Origin: an uncultured cyanobacterium
GTDB taxonomy: Bacteria; Cyanobacteriota; Cyanobacteriia; Cyanobacteriales; Cyanobacteriaceae
Length of the DNA: 64,000 bases
Assembly: GCA_963710605.1 (NCBI GenBank)
Contig: CAVQBA010000004.1
Coordinates: 896,001-960,000 of the forward strand
Direction: 5' to 3'
Under the pieces are notes generated by a model. That model was not told the DNA's origin and ran no database searches. It saw only the letters and a program-made list of their open reading frames with translations. The position numbers and the translations under genes are program-made. Shown one piece after another: positions 54,036 to 64,000 of the stretch. Each line of letters starts with the position of its first letter. The first letter of the stretch is position 1.

Positions 54036-54835
54036 TTGTAGAATCTCTCCTTTGAAATATGATTATTGTTTGTTCGTTGTGATAAAACCAAAAGCTAGAA
54101 TAGATAGCTTAATTGATATTCAGGGCATTTTTTCTCGACAATAAAATGTCTTTATTTTCTGATTAAATTACTTATTTATTTTGCCCTAATTAGCTTATAG
54201 TTATCCTCAAACTTAATAATGTGATTAATTATTAATTATGTTTGATTGATTTGTTAGTTTATTTTAGCACTTGAGCATTAGCTTTTATGCTTAAACAATC
54301 AGTTATTTAGCTTTGATTTTCTTAGTTTTTAACTAATATCTTAATAACATATATTTTCGATTTTTACCTTTTTTTGTTTATCTAAATAGATAATCGCTCT
54401 AAAATTAAATAAAAATCTATTTTCAATGCTCATCAGACAATTCGTTTAGTTTTACTTTGCTCGAAATTACTATTTAACTACAAAAAATTTTTTTAAATTA
54501 GAATAATAATTAGATTTAGCCGTTTTAGTCAAACTGAATTTACAGTTTTTGATTAGCTTAGATTATTATTCAGCCAAAAAGATAATATCTTCTTTAAATT
54601 TAATATCCTTTTATTCTAGAATATTAATCTAAGAATTGACAATTATTAAAGTATTAACTTTAATTTTTTTGGTTTAATTATATTTAAGTTCAGCAAATAA
54701 ACTATTAATTTTTATTTTTATTTATTAGTAATTATTTCTTATTTATTATTCATTATTTTAACCTCAATAATTTATCTTAAATACGATCGCTAAAAAAATG
54801 TATCTTTTAGCGTAATTAGTAGCAAAAATATCATG

Positions 54836-55729
54836 CTATAATAACTCTAATTTTTTTAAAACTGCTTCTACTTCTTGTTGATGATTAGATTGAAGTGCAG
54901 TTAATGGTAATCTTAATTGACCAACATCCCATCCTTGTAGTTGTAGGGCATATTTAACTGGAATAGGATTGGTATCACAAAACAATACTTTAAATAAACT
55001 ATGCAATTTTTTTTGAATTGATTGAGCTTTGGTTATATCGCCATTAAAATAGGCTTGTATCATACTTTGCATTTGGTTACCGACGAGATGACTAGAAACA
55101 CTCACTACACCAATACAACCAACTGTCAGCATCGGTAAGGTCAAAAAGTCTTCCCCTGAGTAAATTAAAAAGTCTGTTGGTGCCAATATATTAATAGTTG
55201 CTGTTTGTTCTAAATCACCACTGGCTTCTTTTACTGCCACGATATTATCTACATCATGACCTAATTTAGCTGTAGTTTCTGGTTCTAAATTTCTACTCGT
55301 ACGTCCAGGTATATTATATAACATAAAAGGAATATCTGGGCAGGCAACTGCGATCGATTTAAAGTGTTGATAAAGTCCTTCTTGGGGTGGTTTATTGTAA
55401 TAGGGAACAACCTGTAATGAACCATCTACACCGATTTTAGCCGCTTTTTTCGTCTGTTCGATCGCATCAAGGGTAGAATTACTACCTGTACCCATAATTA
55501 TTTTGGCACGATCGCCCACCGCTTTTTTAACAACTTTGAGTAATTCGTATTTTTCGTGACTATTTAAAGCAGGAGACTCACCTGTTGTACCACAAATCAC
55601 TAAACCGTCACTACCATTATTAACTAAATGATCAGCTAATTTTTCGGCTACAGCATAATTAACTGATAAATCATCGTTAAAAGGTGTAACCATGGCGGTT
55701 AAAACTCGACCAAAAATATAATCACTCAT
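54836..55729 (-). CDS. dapA: 4-hydroxy-tetrahydrodipicolinate synthase
   Basis: GTTGES, PYYNKP, YNIPGR, KEASG, NPIPVK. Confidence 0.97.
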   Translation of the reverse strand: MSDYIFGRVLTAMVTPFNDDLSVNYAVAEKLADHLVNNGSDGLVICGTTGESPALNSHEKYELLKVVKKAVGDRAKIIMGTGSNSTLDAIEQTKKAAKIGVDGSLQVVPYYNKPPQEGLYQHFKSIAVACPDIPFMLYNIPGRTSRNLEPETTAKLGHDVDNIVAVKEASGDLEQTATINILAPTDFLIYSGEDFLTLPMLTVGCIGVVSVSSHLVGNQMQSMIQAYFNGDITKAQSIQKKLHSLFKVLFCDTNPIPVKYALQLQGWDVGQLRLPLTALQSNHQQEVEAVLKKLELL

Positions 55730-55865
55730 TACAATCAATAAATATCAAATACCAAAAAGATGTTGTTAAAAAAAAGTGGCGTTGTGTTCAATATTCGTGC
55801 CTTAAAAAAAAGCATTGACTATCTACAATTGATTAAATATCGAGCTTTAATCTCCTAATTAGTTA

Positions 55866-56894
55866 TCAATTATTGGTTGTCAACAAGTTTTTATCAATTA
55901 ATAATTCAGCAATTTGGACTGCATTAAGTGCCGCACCTTTACGAATTTGATCACCACATAACCATAATTCTATACTATTGGGGTTAGATAAGTCTTGACG
56001 AATTCTACCTACTAAGACATCATCTTTACCTGTGGCATCGATTGGCATCGGAAAATAATTTTTTGACCAGTCTTCTAATAATGTAACACCATTGGCTTGA
56101 TCGATTGCAACTCTGGCTTCATCTAAATCAAATGGTTGAGAAAATTCTAGATTAATTGCTTCTGAATGAGCCCTTAAAACAGGCACTCTGATACAAGTTG
56201 CGGTAACACGTAATTCGGGAGTCGAGAATATTTTACGGGTTTCGTTAACCATTTTCATTTCTTCTTCACAATAACCGTTATCTAATAAAGGAGAATTATG
56301 AGGAAAAAGATTAAAAGCAAGAGGATAAGGTAAAATCTCAGGTTGAGGTGTTTCGCCGTTTAAAATTGCTTGAGCTTGATTTTTTACTTCCTCCATCGCC
56401 CTTGCACCCGCACCACTAGCTGATTGATAAGTAGAAACTACAACTCTCTCGATCGGTTGAATTTGATGTAAAGGATAGATAGCAACCCCCATTAAAATAG
56501 TTGTGCAATTGGGGTTAGCAATAATTCCTTGATGGTCTTTGACTGCTTCTGGATTAATTTCGGGTACAACCAAAGGAACGCTTTCGTCCATCCGAAAAGC
56601 ACTAGAGTTATCGATCATCACAGCACCAGAAGAAACGATCGTCTCCGCCCATTTTTTAGAAGTTGAACCACCAGCCGATGCGAGTACAATATCAATACCA
56701 TCAAAAGAATTCTCATCAACAGCTTCTACTTCAATTTCTTGATTTTTAAAAGCGATTTTTTTACCAGCCGAGCGAGGTGATGATAGCAGTTTCAATTGTT
56801 TGACAGGAAAGTTTCTTTCAATGAGGAGATTGATAAGTTCGGCACCAACTGCCCCTGTAGCACCTAAAATTGCGACATTAATTTGATTTGACAA
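55866..56894 (-). CDS. asd: Aspartate-semialdehyde dehydrogenase
   Basis: GATGAVG, DNSSAFR, NPNCTT, STYQSASGAG, RKGAALN. Confidence 0.97.
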   Translation of the reverse strand: MSNQINVAILGATGAVGAELINLLIERNFPVKQLKLLSSPRSAGKKIAFKNQEIEVEAVDENSFDGIDIVLASAGGSTSKKWAETIVSSGAVMIDNSSAFRMDESVPLVVPEINPEAVKDHQGIIANPNCTTILMGVAIYPLHQIQPIERVVVSTYQSASGAGARAMEEVKNQAQAILNGETPQPEILPYPLAFNLFPHNSPLLDNGYCEEEMKMVNETRKIFSTPELRVTATCIRVPVLRAHSEAINLEFSQPFDLDEARVAIDQANGVTLLEDWSKNYFPMPIDATGKDDVLVGRIRQDLSNPNSIELWLCGDQIRKGAALNAVQIAELLIDKNLLTTNN

Positions 56895-57044
56895 TATTTT
56901 TCCTCCTTTGTTACTTTAAATAGAATAGAAATTATTTGATCTATTTGTATCTAGTTTAGTGTTATATTTTATCGCTTATTCTCAACAAAGTAACATAAGT
57001 CAAAAGGGCACTCGTGCAAAGGTAATTTTAAAAATAGCTTGAAC

Positions 57045-57326
57045 TATAGCGTCTCCCGTCTTTATGAGGTACAGTTTATATTTGTAAGTCCCCTAGAAGG
57101 AAGAGCGATTCATTCTTATAATTTCTACAAATAAGAAATAGTAATAAATGTAGCTGTTTTTTCCTAATAATAAAAATATAATGTGACCAAATCGATCGAT
57201 CGTTTTGTAGTAATAGCTTCTAGCTATTTACGGCTAACAAGAATGAAACAGCCCTGCCTTACAAAGGGGGCAAGGGGGATTGGTAGGGGGATTGATATGT
57301 AATTCATAATACTAATAATTGCTATA
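57045..57326 (+). mobile_element. TATAGC..GCTATA MITE-like element enlarged by an internal insertion
   Basis: Left end tatagcgtctcccgtctttatgaggtacagtttatatttgtaagtcccc matches the 62593 copy; right end ..aattgctata. Confidence 0.7.
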
Positions 57327-57511
57327 TTAACTATCCACTTTTATCGTGATTATTGTTGATTATTCACGATCGAGCTAGAATATAGTCTTACTTATAATCA
57401 ACTAAATTTTTTGATAACTTGGAAACCATTATTTCAATGATTCCTTCCCTTGAGATAAGTTATTATCTTGAGTACAAAAAAACTGTTTGATTTTTAGTCT
57501 ATCAATAAAAA

Positions 57512-58267
57512 ATGAATGTCAAACAAAGTTTAATCGAACTACCCTCGAATTTAAAAAGACAAAGTATGCCTAATCATGTCGCAGTTATCATGGATGGTAA
57601 CGGACGTTGGGCAAAAAACCGTGGTTTACCCAGAATCGTCGGGCATCAAAGAGGAGTGGATACACTCAAAAATCTTTTGCGTTGTTGCGATGATTGGGGT
57701 ATCAAATCATTAACTGCCTATGCTTTTTCCACCGAAAATTGGTGCCGCCCGATTAATGAAGTAGAATTTTTAATGACTTTATTTGAAAGAGTTTTGCGTC
57801 GAGAATTAGCTGATATGATGAGAGAAAACGTCAAAATACGCTTTGTGGGTAATTTGATGGGTTTACCTCAATCTCTACAAAAAGAGATAGCTTACTCGAT
57901 GGAAAAAACGAGTCACAATAAAGGTATAGAATTTAATGTTGCCACTAATTATGGTGGTCGTCAAGAAATACTTCATGCTTGCCGTAGTATTGCTAATCAG
58001 CTTAAAAATGGAGAAATAGATTTCGATGATATTGATGAAAAATTATTTGAAAATCATCTTTATACCAATGGTTTAACTTCTCCTGATTTATTGATTCGTA
58101 CTAGTGGCGAAATGCGTTTGAGTAATTTTTTGCTCTGGCAAATGGCTTATAGTGAAATATATGTCACCAATGCTTTTTGGCCAGATTTTAATCGTGAAGA
58201 ATTTCATCAGGCTTTGTTAAGTTATCAACAACGTGATCGTCGTTTTGGTAAACTAAATGGAGAATGA
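57512..58267 (+). CDS. uppS: Undecaprenyl diphosphate synthase (isoprenyl transferase)
   Basis: [35 protein letters not shown]. Confidence 0.97.
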   Translation: MNVKQSLIELPSNLKRQSMPNHVAVIMDGNGRWAKNRGLPRIVGHQRGVDTLKNLLRCCDDWGIKSLTAYAFSTENWCRPINEVEFLMTLFERVLRRELADMMRENVKIRFVGNLMGLPQSLQKEIAYSMEKTSHNKGIEFNVATNYGGRQEILHACRSIANQLKNGEIDFDDIDEKLFENHLYTNGLTSPDLLIRTSGEMRLSNFLLWQMAYSEIYVTNAFWPDFNREEFHQALLSYQQRDRRFGKLNGE

Positions 58268-58306
58268 TTAAATCAATCTCACTATTAATTGTTAATTTCT
58301 CCTTTT

Positions 58307-58981
58307 ATGGCATTAGCAGATCAAATATACGTATGGCGACAATTTGCAAATATTGACGGAGTATATCAACATCACGGCATAGATATGGGTGATGGCGGTG
58401 TAATTCATTATCGTAAACCGAGCGAAGTAGTGGAGTTAACTTCATTGGAAACTTTCAGTAGAGGAAATAAGGTTTATGTGCGTCAATATCCCCAAGGTTT
58501 TTGTTTTTTACCTGAAGTTGTCACTAAGAGGGCAACAAGTCGCCTCGGAGAAAATAAATATAATTTATTATTTAATAACTGTGAACATTTCGCTGCATGG
58601 TGTAAAACAGGTATTAGTGAAAGTAAACAAGTTGTCGAGTTTCTTCCCGCCATAGATAAGTTAGATGCTTATGGTTTGTTTAATCCCCTCAAAACAGCTT
58701 TTGCCAATGTTGACACGAAACAAAGTAATAATTTAATTGATGAAGCTTTAAACCGTATTCGGGTAGTTTGGGATGATATTCAACCACAATATACTAAAGC
58801 ATTAGCTGAAATAGATACATGGCAAAAAGTTGCTTTTAAGGCTTTGGAAAAAAATCGAGAAGATTTAGCAAAAGAAGCAATTAAAAAGAAACAAGCAGAA
58901 GAGAAAAAAGCTAAGAAACTAGAAAAGGAATTAGAAAAATTAGCTTTAATGACAGAGAATTTGTTACAAAATCATCCTTGA
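58307..58981 (+). CDS. LRAT/NC-domain protein with coiled-coil C-terminus
   Basis: YQHHGI, YNLLFNNCEHFA; PspA-like helical tail. Confidence 0.85.
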   Translation: MALADQIYVWRQFANIDGVYQHHGIDMGDGGVIHYRKPSEVVELTSLETFSRGNKVYVRQYPQGFCFLPEVVTKRATSRLGENKYNLLFNNCEHFAAWCKTGISESKQVVEFLPAIDKLDAYGLFNPLKTAFANVDTKQSNNLIDEALNRIRVVWDDIQPQYTKALAEIDTWQKVAFKALEKNREDLAKEAIKKKQAEEKKAKKLEKELEKLALMTENLLQNHP

Positions 58982-59022
58982 TAATGAATAATTACTTTTT
59001 TTAAAAAGATTTGGTAAATTTT

Positions 59023-59502
59023 GTAGCTTGGGTTGAAGCCTCAAAACTTGTAATATATAAACAATACATGAGAGAAGCAAAACCCAACAAACAACGTTCA
59101 AAATACCAACAAGGTTGGTGATGGGTTACGGCATTCGTTATTAATAAATTGATTGAAGTTGATCATAAATAGAGCTATTTCCTATCCTACAAAAGCTCGA
59201 TTGTACTTATTTACCCAATCGTTATCGGAAAGTGAATCTTGAAATAGATTTAGAATCAGGCAGAAAAGCAATAATCGATTGACAACAATGGATAATTAAC
59301 AATTGATAATGATTTACCACGATTGTCTCTCTGTAGGTTGGGTTAAGCCTCCAAAGAATAGATATACATTACGATACATACAATAAAAGCGAAAACCAAC
59401 AACCAACGTTAAATCAACACAACTTAATCAATGATGGGTTACGGCTAGATTATTGATGAATGTATTAAAGTCGATAATGGATAATTGCCTAACCCATCCT
59501 AC
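59023..59502. repeat. Two ~170-bp GTAG REP doublets (59023..59190 and 59333..59502)
   Basis: GTAG-(G/C)TTGGGTT..AACC(C)AAC..GATGGGTTACGGC..ATCCTAC. Confidence 0.8.
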
Positions 59503-59808
59503 GACTTTCGGGGCAGAAAATGATGATTATGCAATTACTCTTTATAATAATTCGTAATAATTCTTATAAATTACATATTAGTTAAAGGGATAGAAGTTAA
59601 ACAGAGTTTTTTTAAGAAAAGATTTTTTACAGGCTTTATCATCACGATTTTGACAATCAATTTATCTGCCCATAAATTTTCTTTTAATTATTCAATATCA
59701 GCAAAACTTTGTTTAATTTCTAATTCGCCAAATCAGGATTCAGCTCATCGCCTTGTCTAGTTGCTGAGTGCTTTTTGTCGGCATCTTTATCCTTTAATTC
59801 TCCTGTTG

Positions 59809-62085
59809 TTACTTATTACTAATTTCTTGTTGGATTAAAATCAGTATTTCTTGAGATTTTTGATAACCTGCCTCATTTTTTTGCTGACGATATAATTGAG
59901 CCGCTTTTTCTACATTTTGAATTGCATTAGTGTATTCTCCTATCAAAGCAAAAGTAATACCGCGATTGTAGTAGGCAGTTGCATCATCGGGATTAATGGC
60001 GATGGCACGATCGAAACTTTCCACCGCTTCCTCATATTCTCCCAACTTGTTGTAAGCAAAACCGCGATTGTAATAGGCATCTGCATATTCTGGATTAATG
60101 GCGATGGCACGATCGTAACTATCAACTGCTTTAGAATATTCTCCTAAGTTACCGTAAGCAATACCGCGATAGTTGTAGGCAGATGCGTATTCGGGATTAA
60201 TGGCGATGGCACGATCGAAATCTGACACCGCTTTATAATATTCTCCTAACTCATCGTAAGCAATACCGCGATTGTAGTAGGCTTTTGCGTATTCGGGATT
60301 AATAGCGATGGCACGATCGTAACTATCAACTGCTTTATAATATTCTCCTAAGTCACCGTAAGCATTACCGCGATTGTTGTAGGCTTTTGCGTATTCGGGA
60401 TTAATGGCGATGGCACGATCGTAACTATCCACTGCTTTATAATATTCTCCTAAGTTACCGTAAGCAATACCGCGATAGTTGTAGGCATCTGCGTATTCGG
60501 GATTAATAGCGATGGCACGATCGTAACTATCCACTGCTTTATAATATTCTCCTAAGTTATAGTAAGCAATACCGCGATTGTAGTAGGCATATGCGTATTC
60601 GGGATTAATAGCGATGGCACGATCGTAACTATCAACCTCTTTATAATATTCTTTTAAGTTACCGTAAGCAAAACCGCGACCGTAGTAGGCATATGCGTAT
60701 TCGGGATTAATAGCGATGGCACGATCGTAACTATCCACTGCTTTGTAATATTCTCCTAACTCATCGTAAGCAATACCGCGATAGTTGTAGGCATCTGCGT
60801 ATTCTGGATTAATAGCGATGGCACGATCATAATCTGACACTGCTTTATAATATTCTCCTAAGTTAAGGTAAGCATTATCGCGATCGTAGTAGGTATCTGC
60901 ATCATCGGGATTAATAGCGATGGCTTTGTTATAATCAGCGATCGCTTTTTCGTATTCTTTTAATTCTGAGTAGAGATTCCCTCGACTGTAGTATGCGTTT
61001 GCATCTTCAGGGTCAAGTTCGATCGCTTTGTTATAATCAGCGATCGCTTTTTCGTATTCTTTTAGTTCAGAGTAGAGAGCCGCTCGAAAGACGTATGCAA
61101 ATGCTAATTCAGGGTTAAGTTCGATTGGTTTGCTATAATCAGCGATCGCTTTTTCGTATTCTTTTAATTCTGAGTAGAGATCCCCTCGACTGTAGTATGC
61201 GTTTGCATCTTCAGGGTCAAGTTCGATTGGTTTGCTATAATCAGCGATCGCTTTTTCGTATTCTTTTAATTCTGAGTAGAGATCCCCTCGACTGTAGTAT
61301 GCGTTTGCATCTTCAGGGTCAAGTTCGATCGCTTTGTTATAATCAGCGAGAGCTTTTTCGTATTCTTTTAATAGAGAGTAGAGATTCCCTCGACTGTAGT
61401 ATGCGTTTGCATCTTCAGGGTCAAGTTCGATTAATTTGCTATAATCAGCGATCGCTTTTTCGTATTCTTTTAATCCTGAGTAGAGATACCCTCGAACTAA
61501 GTATGCGTTTGCATTTTCAGGGTCAAGTTCGATTAATTTGCTATAATCAGCGATCGCTTTTTCGTATTCTTTTAATCCTGAGTAGAGATACCCTCGAACT
61601 AAGTATGCGTTTGCATTTTCAGGGTCAAGTTCGATTAATTTGCTATAATCAGCGATCGCTTTTTCGTCCTCTTGTAATTCTGAGTAGAGATTCCCTATCC
61701 AGAATAATCCGCTTGCTAATTTAGGGTCAAGTTCGATTAATTTGCTATAATCAGCGATCACTTTTCCGTACTCTTGTAATTCAGAGTAGAGAATCCCTCG
61801 AAAGAAGTATGCTTCAACATTTTCAGGGTCAAGTTCGATCGCTTTGCTAACTGCTGATAATGCTAATTCTGTCTTTCCCCTTTGCCATAATCGGTTGGCG
61901 TAATCTAGCCAATCTTTGGCGTTATCGTTTTCTGGTGGCGATAATTCTTCTAATGAGTCTTGTGTTTGTGCTTGTTCTACTGCCGTTAAGGTAGGTAATG
62001 AATCTGTTTTCGCATAAAGATTAGGGGCTATCGAGGTAACGGTCAATGCAGTTAAAATAGAGGTTAAAATTAGTTTTGATTTCAT
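59809..62085 (-). CDS. Secreted tetratricopeptide repeat protein (~20 TPRs)
   Basis: Signal peptide; 34-aa (102-bp) tandem units in two sequence families. Confidence 0.92.
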   Translation of the reverse strand: MKSKLILTSILTALTVTSIAPNLYAKTDSLPTLTAVEQAQTQDSLEELSPPENDNAKDWLDYANRLWQRGKTELALSAVSKAIELDPENVEAYFFRGILYSELQEYGKVIADYSKLIELDPKLASGLFWIGNLYSELQEDEKAIADYSKLIELDPENANAYLVRGYLYSGLKEYEKAIADYSKLIELDPENANAYLVRGYLYSGLKEYEKAIADYSKLIELDPEDANAYYSRGNLYSLLKEYEKALADYNKAIELDPEDANAYYSRGDLYSELKEYEKAIADYSKPIELDPEDANAYYSRGDLYSELKEYEKAIADYSKPIELNPELAFAYVFRAALYSELKEYEKAIADYNKAIELDPEDANAYYSRGNLYSELKEYEKAIADYNKAIAINPDDADTYYDRDNAYLNLGEYYKAVSDYDRAIAINPEYADAYNYRGIAYDELGEYYKAVDSYDRAIAINPEYAYAYYGRGFAYGNLKEYYKEVDSYDRAIAINPEYAYAYYNRGIAYYNLGEYYKAVDSYDRAIAINPEYADAYNYRGIAYGNLGEYYKAVDSYDRAIAINPEYAKAYNNRGNAYGDLGEYYKAVDSYDRAIAINPEYAKAYYNRGIAYDELGEYYKAVSDFDRAIAINPEYASAYNYRGIAYGNLGEYSKAVDSYDRAIAINPEYADAYYNRGFAYNKLGEYEEAVESFDRAIAINPDDATAYYNRGITFALIGEYTNAIQNVEKAAQLYRQQKNEAGYQKSQEILILIQQEISNK

Positions 62086-62441
62086 GGTTGTTTATCACTT
62101 ATTTGATTCTCATGTCAAATTCTTTTGATTTTTGTCTAAATTATTTTACAAGTATTATAAATAACTAACTTGCAAAATAAATACTTTGTGTCCACATTCG
62201 TTTATTTTTTATCGGGGCAATTTTTTTATTTATGTATTTATTGTTCTTTGTTAATCAATTTAAGTAAAATCAAAGATACAGCAGAATTACAAAAATAAGT
62301 AAATACTCAAAGAAAATACAGATTGTCATCAAGAATTAACAATATATCCGTATCCTGAAGCTAAAGAACCTTGATTAATTTTCTATTTGTTATTTTGCTA
62401 TAATTTTGACGATCGATAAATCAATTATTTGTCTTTTTTTA

Positions 62442-62840
62442 ATGAGCCAATTTCCTCATGATGACTTTGTTAAAGAATATTTACCCGAACTAATCTCAAA
62501 ATACGGAACAGTTTCTTCAGGTAAAAAAATAGCCTCTCAAACTTTCATATATTGATGTCTTTTTTCAACCCGATAAGACAAAAATAAATAATATAGCGTT
62601 TCCCACATTTATGAGCTACAGTTTATATTGACAAGTCCCCCGTGGGCAAGGGGGATTCAGGGGGATCGTTCTGTATTTTATAAGTATGACAATTGCTATA
62701 AGTCTAACTATTTGGGTTTATTGAGCAAACTACTAAATATAACTTAGTTGTTTGAAGTCTATAGAAATTCGGTTAAAACTCAGCAAATTAATGAATGTAT
62801 TGGTAAATTAGTCGATTTCAAAACATTACTAAATCGGTAA
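62442..62840 (+). pseudogene. Decayed cyanobacterial hypothetical gene (HDxFxKxYL..IDVxF..LGLL..FExYRN family) interrupted by a MITE
   Basis: MSQFPHDDFVKEYLPEL..(frameshift) IDVFFQP, MITE, NYLGLLSKLL..*LFEVYRNSV..CIGKL*. Confidence 0.65.
62593..62700 (+). mobile_element. 108-bp TATAGC..GCTATA MITE-like element
   Basis: Inverted TATAGC ends, internal CCCCC/GGGGG hairpin, inserted inside a pseudogene. Confidence 0.75.
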
Positions 62841-63320
62841 TCTATATCTAGTCTGATTACTTCATCCGAGCAACAAATCGGTGATTTCTCAGGGCGAAAA
62901 ATAGTTTATTTGACAGAAGATGGAAATGCAGAAAAACAAGTAGAAATTAATTTTACAATTTTCGATGGGAAAGTTTATATTGTTAGAATTACTACAGCCA
63001 ATTTCGGTCAACCAGTAAAAAAAGAAATTACTAATAGAATTCTTGATTCATTTACGTTTACTGCTACCCACTACAATCAACGTAATGCACACTATGATTT
63101 GGAAGAATATCAATTAGCAATTGATGATTATGATAAAGCGATCGCTCTAAATTCCGATTATACTGATGCCTACAATAATCGTGGTCTTAGCTACTATAAT
63201 TTAAAAGAAGATCAAAGTGCGATCGATAATTATGACAAAGCAATCGCTCTAAATCCTGATTATACTGATGCCTACAATAATGAAAAAATAGGTAATTTTC
63301 TTATTAAGTGCGATTGCTAG
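62841..63320 (+). pseudogene. Chimeric remnant: PsbP-like domain fragment joined to about 2 degenerate TPR units
   Basis: ..GRKIVYL..FDGKVYIV..ILDSFTF then AIDDYDKAIALNSDYTDAYNNRG; no convincing start. Confidence 0.55.
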
Positions 63321-63327
63321 TAAGCTA

Positions 63328-63580
63328 GTCGGTTGGGTTGAGCCTAATAAGCTAAGATATAAATAATCATCACAAAAGCCAAACCCAACAACCAACGTTC
63401 AAAATATTAAAAAGATTAATGATGGGTTACGGCACTCGTTAATAATAAATTGGTTGAAGTTGATAATGAATTAATGCCTAACCCATCCTACAAAAGCCGT
63501 AAAAGTTAGTGATGAGTTACGGCTAAATTGTTAATGAATAGGTTGAAGTTGATAATCAATAAAGCTATTACACATCCGAC
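63328..63580. repeat. REP doublet (63328..63491) plus an extra half unit (63511..63580)
   Basis: Same family and orientation as the 59023 and 59333 copies. Confidence 0.8.
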
Positions 63581-63598
63581 AAAAGCTAAAAAGAGATA

Positions 63599-64000
63599 TT
63601 ATTTAAGTTGCTTTTCCGAGATTTTTAAACGAATTAACGATCGCACTAGCAACAAAGTAAATAACCCTGTCAAACCAAACAAAATAAACGCCCACGGGCG
63701 ATAAACTGTCGTCACTAAAAGAATCGCTCCAATTAAAGAAAAACCAGTCAGGCAGGTATAGATAAGAGCTTTAAGAGCCATTACGATCGTCTTTTTAAGT
63801 AGTTCAGCTTCTAATGAACGTACTCTAACTTGTAACTCACCTGTTTCTAATTTATTTTGTAAGTTTCTACTCATGGTTTGAAAACGAAATGATTTACCTA
63901 ATTGTTGTTTAACTAAAAGTTTACCTTGACGAGCCAAAATTAAGACTAAATTTGCTTTAGGGGTTGTTTTGGTCAAATTACTCACAAATGGTTGACTTGC
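63599..64000 (-). CDS. C-terminus of an AarF/ABC1/UbiB-family kinase (partial)
   Basis: Frame open to the window end (ASQPFV..); LETGELQVRVRS followed by two TM helices, typical of cyanobacterial ABC1 proteins. Confidence 0.65.
   Translation of the reverse strand, partial: ASQPFVSNLTKTTPKANLVLILARQGKLLVKQQLGKSFRFQTMSRNLQNKLETGELQVRVRSLEAELLKKTIVMALKALIYTCLTGFSLIGAILLVTTVYRPWAFILFGLTGLFTLLLVRSLIRLKISEKQLK

Noticed and set aside
392-56742. Short overlapping ORFs (392..790, 2707..2961, 4828..5148, 8900..9103, 22423..22749, 25682..25972, 37150..37368, 42485..42757, 56539..56742 and similar)
   Set aside because: They lie within or antisense to well-supported genes and show no recognisable motifs.
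59193-59282. Protein-like stretch KLDCTYLPNRYRKVNLEIDLESGRKAIID* between two REP doublets
   Set aside because: Only 29 codons, no start and no recognised family; possible gene scrap but unsupported.
61125-61724. 199-aa repetitive ORF on the plus strand (also 59896..60147 and 59943..60125)
   Set aside because: Antisense or alternate-frame shadow of the 102-bp TPR repeats.
59809-62085. Complete diversity-generating retroelement
   Set aside because: No reverse transcriptase, accessory gene or separate template repeat in the window; many adenines in the units are invariant.
59023-63580. REP doublet arrays as a CRISPR array or integron attC sites
   Set aside because: Units are long, degenerate and palindromic, with no constant repeat/spacer periodicity, no cas or intI gene and no consistent GTTRRRY cores.
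1-64000. tRNA or rRNA genes
   Set aside because: No cloverleaf/T-loop signatures or rRNA-like GC-rich stretches recognised by eye.

Overview
AT-rich cyanobacterial chromosome segment, probably Cyanobacterium/Geminocystis-like. Evidence: psb28, ebsA, pentapeptide and Uma2 proteins, PEP-CTERM genes, heptamer tandem repeats and very frequent HIP1 core CGATCG (about 20 counted by eye in the first 10 kb). Most genes are housekeeping (recQ, purM, lipA, lpdA, dusA, rnc, mnmA, rnj, dapA, asd, uppS), interrupted by small accessory insertions with no transposase or integrase. Main observations: (1) a PEP-CTERM gene plus a dxr fragment inserted between 536-bp diverged direct repeats, with both junctions on HIP1 or HIP1-like sites; (2) two type II restriction-modification loci that both appear to be REase-MTase fusions, one in frame but frameshifted at the catalytic PC motif, the other joined through an A10 / A-AAA-AAG slippery site; (3) the second R-M locus with hicBA sits between ~190-bp direct repeats; (4) a 27-bp in-frame mini-element inserted at a HIP1 core; (5) a secreted 20-TPR protein with near-identical 102-bp units that vary at a few fixed positions, flanked by REP doublets and TPR debris; (6) a diguanylate cyclase with an ETR1-type ethylene-binding domain. 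No rRNA, tRNA or CRISPR array was recognised. All family assignments come from motif recognition, not database searches. Several single-base frameshifts could be assembly errors.
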